The position numbers and the translations under genes were made by a program. A stretch of DNA of 64,000 nucleotides, taken from contig NC_068984.1 in the NCBI RefSeq assembly GCF_001194135.2, positions 21,209,590 to 21,273,589 of the forward strand. Direction: 5' to 3'. A model generated the notes under the pieces. That model made no database searches and was not told where the DNA came from. It saw only the letters and a list, made by a program, of their open reading frames with translations. Below are positions 12,859 through 26,748 of this stretch, piece after piece. The stretch comes from Octopus bimaculoides. Its lineage: Eukaryota. Numbering within the stretch: position 1 is the first letter of the stretch; each line of letters starts with the position of its first letter.

Positions 12859-15800
12859 TTTCTTATTATTTTCAGTATTCAAATGTATATGTTTAAACAG
12901 AAATTAGATTCAATCAATTTCTCACTACAAATATTATCGTTGACCCACTCATCTGTAGTGCAGAAGTAATTGCAAGAAATTAATGAAGTAAATGGATTAA
13001 ACCGACCGCAAAACCAGCGAGGGAGTCTCTCAGTAGGTCGTCATTCAACTCGCTAGAAATAGCAGCTAGATTTCCCTTAAAGCATAACCCTTTGTCCCAC
13101 AAAAATGATGTCTAAGATTACATTGGATAATGCAGTGTTAGATACACGTAATCTGAAAAGAAAAGAAGGCGAGATTGTCATGACTGGAATGCTTTGGCTT
13201 ATTATTCTTCTCAATCGACCGAAGTCAAGCTAAATTACAACAATCATTTGCAGACGCTTGTAAGACGATACAAATTTGAAACTGGAAAAAACAAAATGAC
13301 ATCGTAGTGAACAGGTGACTCATAGGTTATCAGTTCAAATTCAGTGCTAGCGTTTCATGTTGCTTCTGGGTCAAACCTGTATTCTACATTAATTCGGCTC
13401 ACTTATTTTGTGGGGAGGAGACTCTAAATTTATTGGAAAGCAACTCACTGGACACGATCACTCTACTGACATGATCACTCTACCTCTGACCTCGAAAGGT
13501 CAGCCAATAGATCTGGACAATACCAGAAAAGACTGTTTGCTGAGGAGGCCTCTTGTCAAATAACGCTGAAACATAACCAGAGAAGGCTCACCTTGCTTGC
13601 CAAAGATCATATTAAATTAGTCTTAGTTTACCTCACTGCATACATAATTCTAAAATTTTGGAGTTGCTGCCCTTCGTCCTTGACCAGAGTTCATTAGCCT
13701 ATTTTCTTTTCGTCATTACAACAATAATTTTAATTAATTAAAAGTTTGTTTACTTACAATGTTAATTAAATTAACACTCACTCACGACATCAACTTAGCA
13801 AATCATTATTAAGCGCTTAGTAAATTCATGCTTAATTCCAACTCCAAGCGAAAGAATTGCCACTGTCAGTCAACCTGCCCGAAATAACAGCAAAATATCT
13901 CTCAAATCACGCATCACCGTCTTAAATCAATAGAGCATATTGAATAATGTGCTTCTAGAAACGCATTAAAAAAATCTTGATAAGGATTTACCTGGAGTTA
14001 AACAGCAATAATTTTGTCAGTGTATTTGGAAAGGCATGAATGTAATATCGTCCTTACAAGAACCTTCTGATGACAATAGAGCTTATAACCTATTGGTTGT
14101 TACTTCTGATTAGCGAAAGAATCAAAATCTTTGTATTAATTCGGGTTAATTAACTGTGAAGGCCACCGATAACCTCCATGTGGCGTTTTCAACTTCTCAA
14201 TACACGCTGAGCTGTTATCTGTTACGAGTTCTTACACAGACACAAGGTTTCAGATCTGTACAAGAAGAAAAAATATGTGGTGTTCATGCATTTCTCAGGT
14301 AGCTACGGTACTAAATTTGTATAATTGTTGCAAAATATAAACCTTCTGTTTTTAATCAATCAAAAGGAAGTCTAAATTCTGACGTCAACGGATTTACTGG
14401 AAGTTGAGCTTATTCAGTTATTTCATGATTTCTTCTTTCAAGAATCTTTTGAATACCGTCGTGCATGTATTAAAACCACAGCCATCACTCGCGAGTAGTG
14501 TCTGCCAGACTTTCACTGATAGTGTTACATGACAAAGTAATCGCAAGAAGATGCAGATATTCGCTCGGTCCTGCTACTCTTGACCCAGAAAAATATCTTG
14601 GATGTGACCTTTGGCGGTGAAAGGGTTGTATCACCATCCGGTTGAAGCTAAGTAAAATAAAATATCCTGCTCATCAAAGACTTGAACGCATCTGCGGGAT
14701 CAAGAGCTTACGATTATAAGTGCAACATCTTAACCACAAGGCCTTGAATTATCGGTGCAGAAGAGAAAAGGAAAGAAGAAAGAGATGAGACAGATTAAAT
14801 ATATAGAAAAGACTGACTCGGGAATAGCGTGGGTGAAAGAAAAGGCCAGCGAAATGCGATTAATGAAAGCATTGAATGAACAAATAGAAGAAACATTGTA
14901 CAGGAGAAAATATGTGATGGAAAAAAATTAATTTTAACCGATAATTAGAGAATCCTCTCTCGAGTATTTTTCATTAAGGATAGAATATATTTCGGAGATG
15001 TATTTGTCAGGCAAGTGATATACTTGATATCCAAAACTCATTAAAAGAACGTTTTTAATGTTTCCTTAGTTGAACACTATTAAGTAAACAGCGGCAGTAG
15101 TTCCTCATTATTTAAATTTAAACCAGATTTTGAAACTATGACAATAAATGTGTTGATTTAAAAGACTATAATTAAAAAATTATTTTTCACGTCAAAGAAA
15201 AGGACCTTAAGACTCAAATAGAAAAGCAATAGCGAAGGGAGATAACTCAGTTGCTGAAGTTAGTTGATATTTAGATCCCTTATGAAAAACTGTATAATAA
15301 TAACAAAGAAGGATAACTCTTTCTCGATAAAGAAATCAAAAATTTCACGAGGAAATTTTCAATGATGAAATTTCAACGTTTTATTACGACGGTGTAAACG
15401 GTTGAAAAATCAATTGAAAAGATAATCAAGAATATCACCAAAGCTATTTAGAATTTATTACATAATCACTATATTTATCTTCAGAAAGACAATTATAGTT
15501 AAGAATATTGCAGATTTCATTTACTACTTTTAACTTTTCGGTGTTTATATACAATTGCTAATGTTTTGCTTAAAGTATCATGCCGTTTAGATATATGAAT
15601 GTCTTCGAAAATCAAATTTATTGTCCTCGTAAATTGAAGAAAAGAAAAAGCAGGAAATGTTGAAAAAGTTGCCTCCCCTGTTTTTTTGTTATTTTTTAAA
15701 GCTCGTACGTGTAATTTTTTTTTTTTCAAAATTGCGTAATTAGATTGCTTGTTTCACATTTGGTGGGAAAAAGCAATTTTACAATTTTCTGTTCAATAGA

Positions 15801-16001
15801 ATATTGCTTTATCTATTCAGTGGAAACCGCCGAGCAGACCTATGATCAAAGACTCTGAATCCATGAACATCTCGCCATTATTTTTTCTCTTTCTCACGAA
15901 TAGAGTGGCCCCTTTTATGATAGCATGATGAGGCTTGGGAGGTATTTTGATGCAAGTCGAGCGATCGTATAGATGCTACCTTCTTCACTCAATGTTATAT
16001 A

Positions 16002-16760
16002 CAGGGTGTTCGGGCTAAATTTGACCATTTTCTGAGGAACAGCTTGATGTATTGATGAACAGTTAACGGCGTTGGAAAGCATAAAAATTAAAGTAGAAGA
16101 TGAGAAAAAGCTAGCCGGGATGGAGGACTGGAAGCCATCTGAATACTGGAAAAGAGTTACCTGTATCATGATTCGTGTTGGGTAACAAAACGCCGGCTTC
16201 ATGACTGCTGCTCAATACTCTGTAAGGCATGACATGGACGACAACTGCCATGAAAACTATGATGCCATGCCAGCAAGAAGGGATTCAGTAGGCATTCTGA
16301 CTGCGTCTGCACGCCTCAATTTATTCCCGTATCTTTGAACAGGGTCTTACGTTCATATTCAGAGGGCTATATGAAGCTGCTGGAGATTGTGGTCGGTCCC
16401 TGGCTGAAGAAGGTTGCTACTGAAAAGCCATATGTGTGGCAGCAGGATTCATTTCCTTGCCATACTTCCAGAAAGACTCTGAAGCGGTTGTAGGAGAATT
16501 TCTCCGAGTTCACTAGCCCCAGTTTCTGGTCTCTTAATTCTCTCAATTGTAATTCCATGGATTACTTTGTGTGAGTTGCAGTTGAGAAAGACACCAACTG
16601 CTCTGCCTGCAACACTGAGACCGAACTGGTGGCTAAGATCAAAAATATTTCCAGGGACAAAGTGAAGAACGCATGCACCAGATTCCAGAGCCGTCTCGAA
16701 GCCGTGGTGTAAGCTGAGGGTGGCTACTATGAGCAAACTTATCTTACAGCCATAATCTCG
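16002..16760 (+). mobile_element. Tc1/mariner maT (DD37D-like) transposon remnant
   Basis: TA|CAGGGTG start. The + frame reads YMKLLEIVVGPWLKKVATEKPYVWQQDSFPCHTSRKT...NSMDYFV...ACTRFQSRLEAVV*AEGGYYE. Confidence 0.8.
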
Positions 16761-16980
16761 TTCAATGCTTCTCAAACTATCTGATGTGACGTACAGGAAG
16801 CTTTTTTTTTTCCAATGTGCCAGGGGACGGTAATATTTCTTAGTAATATTAATTTATATCGGAAACTATATATAATGAATATAATAAAAGTTGACAAATT
16901 TTTAAAATCTTATCTTTATTTTTCAAACAAATAATACAATATTACATAAGCATTTTATGTTTCGTTCTTTTCTGGAAACT

Positions 16981-17050
16981 CGCCGCGTACCAGCAGCTGA
17001 GGGCTCGCGGACTGGCACCGGTTCGCGTGCCACCACTTTGAGTAGCACTG
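16981..17050 (-). mobile_element. hAT-Charlie-type terminal fragment
   Basis: Terminus CAGTGCTACTCAAAGTGGTGGCACGCGAACCGGTGCC, flanked by a TCTAG-containing target. Confidence 0.6.
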
Positions 17051-17172
17051 ATCTAGTTAATAGTTTTTTCTTAAATACTTTTATTTTTTAAGGAATATTT
17101 TCTTTTTATGCACACTGTCAAATTTAGCTTGAACACACACACACACACACACATAATATATATATATAATCT

Positions 17173-17555
17173 CATCATCATCATCGTTTAACATCAGCTT
17201 TCCATGCTAGCATGGGTTGGACGATTTGACTGAGGACTGGTGGACCAGATGGCTACACCGGGCTCCAATCTGATTTGGCAGAGTTTCTACGGCTGGATGC
17301 CCTTCCTAACGCCAACCACTCCGAGAGTGTAGTAGGTACTTATACATGCCACCGGCATGAAGGTCAGTCCAGCGGCACTGACAACGACCTCGCTCGAATG
17401 TCTTTTCACGTGCCACGGGCACGAGTATCGGGAAGGCGACGCTGGTAACAATCCCGCTCAAATGGTACTATTTACGTGCCACTGGCAACGATCACGCTCG
17501 GACGGTGCTGTCACGATTTCACTTTCACTTGCCCCAACAGGTCTTCGCAAGCCGA
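17173..17555 (-). mobile_element. SINE family B with a (GAT)n tail and internal tandem units
   Basis: catcatcgtttaac...gcatgggttggacgatttgactg...ggatgcccttcctaacgccaacc. The GGAAGGGCATCC motif resembles V/Meta-SINE central domains (recalled). Confidence 0.85.
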
Positions 17556-19292
17556 GTGGTCTTCAGTTATTAATATACATTTAGAAAACTATGTATCCAT
17601 GTGTATACATACATAAACTAACACAAATGAGGTGGTATGTGTACATATACTCCTCACTCTCACATGCACACAGATTATTGTCATCTGTGTATGACTCTAC
17701 ACTGCAGTAGCATTCGTTTGAATTTCTCACATTTTTACCATGCCCTTTCCACAATATGACAAGAATCTATTTTGTTAGCACTTGAATATAATAGATAGTT
17801 AAACTATTAACCTTTCTCATCATACATAATTTGCCTCATTTTCTAATTCATAAACTCAATATAGACCTGACAAACTAATTCCATCACTTAAATATGAAAC
17901 TCTCATGTCGAATAACATCTTCTGGTCCTTAAATACCTTTAACAGAGTTCACATTGTTGTAAGCATTCAGACCCTGCTCTCTAGTTCCTTACCTATCTGT
18001 GTTTCTCAATCACATTGACTTCAGTTTTCAAAGACCTGTAAAGAATTGGGAATGCTGATCATTCTTTGATTAAAAACTATAAACATGTCTATCCATCCAT
18101 TTTCACCTCTTCACAAATTGTCTCTCACTTTCAAGCTCATTTTAATACATTGGTGATGGTGATATTGTTTTAACAAAAAAAATTCAGCTACAATATAATA
18201 GTTTTCTGAGCTCCATCTACAAACACACCTCATTAATAGTATCCTGTTGTCTACTCTCTCTATTTTCTACAATGGCACTCTTGTGAATCTCTGCCCCCAA
18301 CCCACTTCATTTTTCACTTATCTTCTTTCTATTAAGTACTGAGTACTTTCTTTTCATATATTAATACATATAGATGTAGGTGCAGTATAGCCAAATGGTT
18401 AAGTTCTCTTGGCAACCATGAGGTATCAGGTTCAATCCAACTGCATGGCATTTTGGACAAATGTCATTATTCTATAGAGTCTGGGTGGTCCATACCTTGT
18501 GAGAAATATTGGTTTGATGTAAACTATACAAAAAAAAGCCATATAGTTCAAAACATACAGCCTTGTCACTCATACTGGCTTTTATACTGATTCTTAAGAT
18601 TTAAATTAAGGATACACGTGAAAGGTTATTCAGTTAATTATACAACTGAATCATTGCCACAATACCACATATGTTATACAGTAGAGGTAAATCTCTGTGG
18701 TGGTATGTATGAGGGTGTATATTGTCAGAAGATTTCTATAAACGTTCAAGAGAAAGAGAATTAATTCCTTTTTAGAATATCTTGAAATATATAAAGTTAT
18801 AAATAATAACAGGTAAATATTGAGCTGGAAAGAACAAGTTGAAGGCTGCCCCTGTTTTTTTTTTTCTATCTAGAAGGGTTTTTCTTCAACCCAATATTTA
18901 CTGGCTATTATTTATTGTTTTATGCATGTGCTTTGAGACATTCCAAAAAAAGAAATATATATGTCTCAGTGCAAGTTATGTTAAATTTAATTTTGACCTG
19001 GATAGTTTTGTCGACATTTTTTAAAATCTGATTCAAGCACAAGAAGGCTAACAGTTGGGTTAATTTTTTATATAATTAATGTTTGATTATAGAGAATCAG
19101 GTAAGGGTGTTGATATATATCCTATCTTAATGTGTATACTTTATACAAACATCTACTTCTCAGTCTTTCAACTAATATAACTTATGATGTGAATTTGTTT
19201 CCTGTTTTTTAATGATAAAAATACTGAAATATAAAATATACTGATTCATCATTAAAATTAAACATTTCAACATAATACCAAGAATAATTTAC

Positions 19293-19324
19293 TTTATTGG
19301 CAGATTTATAAATTTCTGTTTATT
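19293..19324 (-). terminator. Candidate polyadenylation signals (two AATAAA on the minus strand)
   Basis: tttatt at 19293-19298 and 19319-19324 on +, about 600 nt past the stop, followed by GU-rich sequence on the minus strand. The hexamer is common in AT-rich DNA. Confidence 0.3.
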
Positions 19325-19900
19325 AAACAGGTAATTTATTTTTTAAAAATTACCAGTTAATAAGCAGAAGTAATTTTTTACAGCAGTAAACATTATTTTG
19401 CTCTTTTGCTGTTATTGAAGCTGAACAAACAACTATATACATTTCAAATTGCACTTTTTGATTTTTGTTACCAAATATTAGCTACTGTGTAAATTATACA
19501 AGGAAAACAAGGGAATTTGATGAACAACAAATAAGTGAATAAATACATTTACAAATAAAAATACAACAAAAAGAAAACCAGGGATTTAGTGAATAATGTG
19601 ATGAACTGTGTCTTAGTAAAAAGATGGAAATTAAAATGGTTTGAATAATTAAAATTGGAAAGATTTGAGGTAATAAACCTGGGTAAGGGATGTGTCCTAT
19701 TGTTAAAATCATCAGAACAATAAAATGAATAAAAAGCAATAAATAAAAGGTCCACATATAATGACACAACTGCCAATTCTTTGCAAACAGTCAGGAAGAA
19801 TCGATTTTTTTTTTTTTTTGCTCATATTTGATATCCACAGAAATGAGATGAAAAATGGGAGGAGTAAAATGCAAGACAGAAGCAAACTTTCAATGTATTG

Positions 19901-19910
19901 NNNNNNNNNN
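19901..19910. other. Assembly gap (10 N) inside the predicted FRMD8 3' UTR
   Basis: Ns in the sequence. Confidence 1.
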
Positions 19911-19928
19911 GGGTCAACCAAGCTGCTT

Positions 19929-19945
19929 TTAACTGAGTCGTTCCC
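19929..19945 (-). CDS. FRMD8: FRMD8 terminal coding exon part, 17 nt: (G)ERLS-stop, followed by the 3' UTR
   Basis: Long pyrimidine tract ending ttgttttcctttcag|GG GAA CGA CTC AGT TAA, in phase with the previous exon. U-rich sequence follows. Confidence 0.72.
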
Positions 19946-22900
19946 CTGAAAGGAAAACAAATGGTAGACAGTATAAGAAATATGAAGTAATATAATGAAA
20001 AACCAAAATAACATCATTGATTGATATAAGGTTGGAAGTACTTATTCCACACAGTTAATTAATTTGATGGAACAATTTAGGTAATTTAAACCCATAAGAA
20101 AAATAAAGTTAATTATTTCAAAATTATCATTTTTAATTTCTTGATGCAATTTGTTGCAGAAATTTTGAGGGTAAATCACACACTAACAAATATATATCTC
20201 AATACAATGAGGGAGCTGTTATGCAGTGGACTGATATCTAAGAAATAGCAGTCGAATCACCCTCAAATAATGCTCAACTGTTTTAAAAGAATTAGGATAG
20301 TTTAGTCTTGGGTATAATATCATGAAAACAAAGAAGTAATGATCATGAATGGAATACCTTTAACTATAGGTCTACTCAATCAAGCCTGACATAGGGTTAA
20401 CCAATATATACATTGCCTTTCTGCACATGCATGTTTGCATAAATGTAGATCTTCAAGCATGTATAAAATACAAAAGCAGTCCAGTCTCCACACTCTCAGA
20501 GGAAGCTATATGTATTAGTAATCAATGCAGTTTCATTATATGAAATAGTTGAAAGAATTTTACTCTGATTTAGCTGCTAGCATATTATAGATGACAGTTT
20601 CAGAAAATTTGGCAATTACTGCCAAAGCTAAATGGGCTTATGCCAAGAATTAAATGTTTCGTAAATACAAGTCATGTTTCAGTAAAATTTTAATCTCCTA
20701 CCTTATTCATATAGCTTATTTCTAATTTATTGTAACTTAGCATTTTGGCCAAAGAGACCAGCAGAATAAGTATTGGGGTTGATTTGTTCAGCTAAAACCC
20801 TTCAAGGTGGGCTGTTGTCCAATGACTAAAACGAGCAAAAGTCATTACTAGAATGAAACTGCTTAGTTTTTGGCTTTGATTATCATTGGCACATGAGGAT
20901 TTGTTACTCTGGCAAAGATTACAAGATTACTTGCCAAAAATTCAATGTCTTGCTAAAAAAAAAAAAAAAAAAAAATCCACACTGAGGTATTGCAATAACA
21001 CACAGATACACACATGCCATATACTAGTGTGATAATAATTAAATCAATAACTTAAGATATCCAATAATCAGTGATCCCACTTATTGATAACAGGAAATGA
21101 AGAAATATAGCAATTGCAATGGCATCTTGTTTTTCCTAATTGAGTTAGCAGAATAAGTGAGGTAGCTATAAGAAGGAATAGATAATGTGGTTGTTTAGCT
21201 CCATGTCAGTTCTGGGCAAGTAAACCTATGATTAAGTGTTCCATTTAAAACCATCCAGTCGTTTTCCTAGAATAGTGAGTACACCAGATTATACAAACCA
21301 ACATATCCTACTTTAAGACAGTGTGTGAGTTAAGGGATATTTGGTTATTTCTAGCAAATACAGTGTCCACATAAACACTTCCAGTCTAACTCACAAAGCT
21401 GGTTTACCATCATTTTAAATCTGTTTTTTTTAAAAACTGAACAAGTGTAATGCATATAACAATGACAGAAAACCGTCAATTTTTGTAACTGTGTCAGGGT
21501 CTTTTACTTTTCTCAGTTTATTTGTAGCAAAATGGCACAATTAAAGTTAATAGGAAGTGTATCAATGTTACAATATCAAACTTTTCTGCTACTTACACTT
21601 TGAAAACATCATGCCTAATAAGATTAGTATCAGATTCTTTTTTCAATTAGTGTCAACAGAAATAATGGTCAATGGATGCATGGTAAGAGGTCAGAAAAGC
21701 AATCGAGAAATGGGAAAATATTATCACTGAAGAATGAAGGCAGGTATATATAAAGTGTGTGTGTATGTGTGCCTTCTTTTACCAGGCTCAGTCACTAGAG
21801 TATGGCAATAACTAGCACAGTATTTTTAAGGGTTTTTAGTTGATTATATTGACCCCCACCCATTCAGTACTTTGTCTAATTCTTATTTTATTTTCCTGCT
21901 GAGAAAGGGAAAATAACTAGAACACTACCAACTATTGTTCCTCCCACTCTCTTCTCTTTCTCTCTCATATATAATCATTTTAATATCCACTTTTCAATGC
22001 TTGCATGGAATTTGTTGAAGTAGATTTTTTTTTTTAATGTCTGGATGCATTTCCTGTCACCAACCCTCACATGTTTTGAAAGGTTTTCTTTGAAGACTGG
22101 AAATGAAAGACACCACCTGTATACTGCTGATGTTCATTTTACAGCTATCACACAAAGAAAAAATTATACACACACAAATGTGTATGTATGACTGTGTACA
22201 CAATAGGCTTCTTTCAGTTTCCTTATACCAAATCCACTCACAAAATTTTTGGGCAGCCAGGTTAAAGCTATAGTCAAAGACATTTAACCAACATGTCATA
22301 CTGTACAACTGAAACCTATACCATGTGGTTGGGAAGCCAACTTCTTAAATGCACAGCCATGTCTGTATATGTATGTACACCCAGACACAGGGCTTCCAGT
22401 GTTTCCACTTACCACATGCCTTGAGCTAACCAATCCTCATGGCAGTGAGATTAAATTTAATCCATGTTATTTCTTAGCTGCACAGTTTTCGAAGTTACAG
22501 CTGTATATAATTTGGCGGTGGTGGTGGTGTACACAGATAATGTACAAGTGCAGGATCTAAAAGAAAGTAGATATTCTTGATATTACTGTAGAGAACAACA
22601 TTGACTAAAGGAGTGTTAAAATTTTTTGAATGTATGTAAAATATATATTTAAGATGAGATATATAAGAGAGAGAGAGAGAGATTGAATCTTTCACATCTG
22701 TTGTAGTAATTTGATTAAAATGATTCTCAATAGCACAAGTTTCAAGGGAAACAACTCTATATAATATTTCAGTAGTTTGAAGGGAAGTAACTTTTACTTA
22801 ACTATTCAAGGTATTTAACTATTATTTATTTAATCGCATGACTACCAATGAAAATTTAACAACGAAAAAAGTAAGATTTGGTTATAGAAAATTGTTTGTC

Positions 22901-25900
22901 CTAGCAATAAAGTAAATATTTGTGTGTGTGTGTGTGTGTGCACGCGCGCGCGAAGTATTCATCAATATTTAAAGATAAGACAAATGATTGTTATTGTAGT
23001 TTAATACTGATCAGAAGTGTGCTTGAGCTGGGCTGCGCAAAGGTGTTTCAGCCATTACCACCTTATTGTTTGCAGGAATGCTGTACACTCCAGACTACAT
23101 TTTCCAATATATCCATTCTAAAAGTGATATGGTACAAATGATCAGAGCAGAGTTTATTGGTTCAAATCTTCATACAGCCATGGAAGTCACTTATCACTGC
23201 AGGTTTGGAGGCAATGCACAGATAATGGACATGGTCCCTTCCTCTGGACCAAACTAAACTAAGTTTTTATTTTTTAGTTCAGTTTCACGCAGAGGTCGTC
23301 AAAGAATTACAGGGAGTCAATGATAGCTAAAGAGTTGAAGGAGGGTTGGCGTGTGAAAGACCAGCTCACCAGATGAACTGCTTGAAATACTTAGCGCTAT
23401 GCTCATCTCTTACATTGATGTTGTCAATTTCATTAAAAGATATTCCGGCAATATGATGTTTTTTTCACATTTTCTAACCATGGAAACAATTTCATAAACA
23501 TTGAAAGTCTAATACTGTATACTCGTACACATAGTTTTAAATGTAAAAAGTGTGTCATCTTCAATAGAATCTCTTAATTTGTTGTATATGTATATTTTAG
23601 CTAACATTTTAATTGCCAGCATCAGTACCCAGCATGCATTTAAGATATGGTATGGTATCAAAATATTTTAAATGAGGAGGGTCATTGATGCAGAAGAGGT
23701 TAAAGAGGGTTGATGGTCAAAAAAGTTTGGCGAACCCTGGCTGAAGGAAGGAATTATTTCATGGCCTTTGCATATCCTCAGAGACCAGTGAAATCATAAT
23801 ATCAAAATGGTCAAACCTAAAAGATATCTATTTCACACATTCTTACATTGTTACCTTGCTTAACTAAAAATTGACTTCAGTAGGTCATAACTTACGTTCC
23901 TCTGTTTCAAATTGTTATTCCGTATCCGGTTTTCTGTTTCATAATATTTATGTCTTTAGTTCAAAATAGTCAGAAACTACTGATTTCAGCAGGCTGTATT
24001 TACAGCAGTTCTTAAAGTATATATTTGCTGCATCTCAGCTGAATTTAAAGTAGAACTATCATGGACAGAACTCAATCAGAATTTCAGAGGATGAGTGCTT
24101 TCAGTTGTTTGATCATCTGAACTATCAGGCTCATTCAATTAACATCTAAGTGATTAGTTTATTCTACAGACATGTGACAGCATGTGACAAGGCTGGTCTT
24201 TTGAATTACAGGTACAGTCCATCTGACAGGCTTCCACACAATTTCCATCTACTCATTTTCACTCACGAGTCAATGGATTAACCTGAGGCTATAGAAAAGT
24301 ACATCTGCCAAGATGCCAAACACAGCAGAATTGAAACCTGGATCTCCTGATTGTGAAGCAAAACTTCATATCATTCAGCCATACTGTGAACTATCATAAA
24401 ACCTCTGAAACTAGTGAAGTTAATGTACTTAACATTCCACTATTGTAGAAAATCAGGCCAAGTGAAGATCTGAATTAATAATTTGTGCTCTAATTATTTA
24501 TACCTTAACATGTTAAGAATGAACATATTGGAGAATATAGTCCATGTAAAATATTTCTGAAATAAAAGATGGAATAGTCATTGAATGCCTCTGATCACAG
24601 GTTAACTTGACCAAAGACACAATTTAGTATTATTTGACACTTTACTCACACTGCAAATAAGTTTTCTATAAAAACTCTCATCTTAAGCACAAAGAATGGA
24701 ACAAAAATCTCCATAAAGATTTAATTGAACTCATTATAGTTTTATAAATTCTGGTCAGCGAGATGTTTCCTGGAATGTTATCATTTCTTCTTTAAGACAA
24801 TTTTAATAATTTCATTGAGAATACAGAAATGGGAAAATGTTATGGAGTAGTTTAAGACAATAATGAGATGCCAGGTTAGTAAAAGCAGATTAGGAATTAA
24901 TATTGTGGATTTATTGTACCACATCACATGGCCATGTAATTAAGAAGTTAGTAATGCAGAGCATCTTGGGGGCAAGTGTCTTTTACCATAACATAAGATC
25001 AACAAAGCTTTCTGAAGAAACTAGGTATATGGAAACTGTTTGTACCTTTTTAAGATGATGATGAGGTGAATTAAAAAGCATTACTATGAAATCTGGTTAG
25101 TAAAGGTTTATTAGGAATTAATACTGCGGGTTTGTTATACATCATATGCAAGGCAGTCTGATTAAGAAGTTTAAGTATGATTGCAATTCATGGCACCTGG
25201 TGTCTTATTATAGACTTGGGTCAATCCAAAGACTCTTGCATGGATTGTACCTGTCACTGCTTGGTTTATCATCACCATCTGACCCTTGAAGGATCACCAA
25301 TGATGCCAACATTCAGACTGTGTCCAGTTAAAGGAGAACATGCTATCTCAATGCACTGCTTCCTATACAACAATCCAAGCATTATGGTTTCTAAAAATCT
25401 ACAATGTTAATATATACACCATTTAAAAGAATAAAGGTGTAAAACAAAATCACTTGTTCTACCCATTTAAATAGATGGCTGAATTGACAAAAAAAAAAGT
25501 TTTAAACTCCATACCAGCATATAAGAAAAATGAATCCGCCAAAGTGTGGTGCCTTATGCCTTCAGAATCCAAATCCTTTTAAGACTTCACTTCTATGGGG
25601 GTCAATAAAATAAGTTCCAAAAATTATATTAATGTAAACTTTGTCATTAATTATTGATATATATGATTTTCTGTTCATGTTGGATAGTTATACACACATG
25701 TATACACCTCCACCACACAGATAAATGTGCATACCTGTATCTATCTTTCTATCTTTACATGAATAGTTATTTGTATGCGTATATAAAATAAAAGAAGATA
25801 AATAGTTAATTATTTAATGACTTAACGAGATAAATAGTCAATTGCTTAACTTTTCATGGCCAGAGATATATCAACATATAAACTGTCTTACTGACATCTG

Positions 25901-26714
25901 AATGAGTTGTGATCTTCATAATTTTCCCAGGGTATGAGACGGGCTTTATCTGGCTAAGCATCTCACAAATTATACCCTACCATCTTAAAGACATTGAACA
26001 AAGTGATCATCGATCTACAAAAACACAGGATGATCACAGCTAAAATGCTCTTGATTGTAAGTCTACTCCATTAGGGCTGACCTGGGGATAAGCCATAACC
26101 TACCAATCTATTTGCTAATGGTGGTGAACCTATATTATTTATTTGATAATGAAGATTTTGTTTTTTCATCATCTAAGTAACCAGCCCTTGAATTTAATGT
26201 CTAAGTTGGTAAATATTCCAGAGATATGTGTACCCTTAACTTAATTCTCAGGCAGAATAAATATGATACAGTGTATAAGCAAGATGTACAATCAACCTAA
26301 TGGGCTTCCATACAGTTTCCATTTAACCAGTTTCACTCACAAAGTATGGGTTGACCAAAGGCTATGGAAAATAACATTTGCCCTAAATGCCATGCAGTGG
26401 AGTCAAACCAAAGACTTTACAGTTGTGAAACAAGTTTTCTAACCGAATCATTTGGTCTTATTATTCTTACAACATTAATAGAAGTATTGTTGAAAAAAAT
26501 TAATAATTTCCACCACTGGCCACATATTTTGGTACCAGTTTTTGGTTGGTATTTTGTCAGCTGTGGAAAGATGAAAAGCAAAGTTAACTTCAGCAAGATT
26601 TGAACTCAGAAAGTACCACCACCACTACAAACAATCACTGTGTGTCTGGTACTTAAGTTATCAACTATAAAATACGAAGGTCAGCTCTAGCAGTATTTGA
26701 TCCATGATGTAGGG

Positions 26715-26748
<34 letters not shown>

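Noticed and set aside
25343-25362. Alternative terminal exon (G)SSALR*
   Set aside because: It is in phase, but the pyrimidine tract is weak (ttggattgttgtatag) compared with the acceptor at 19945. Chance occurrence is likely without junction reads.
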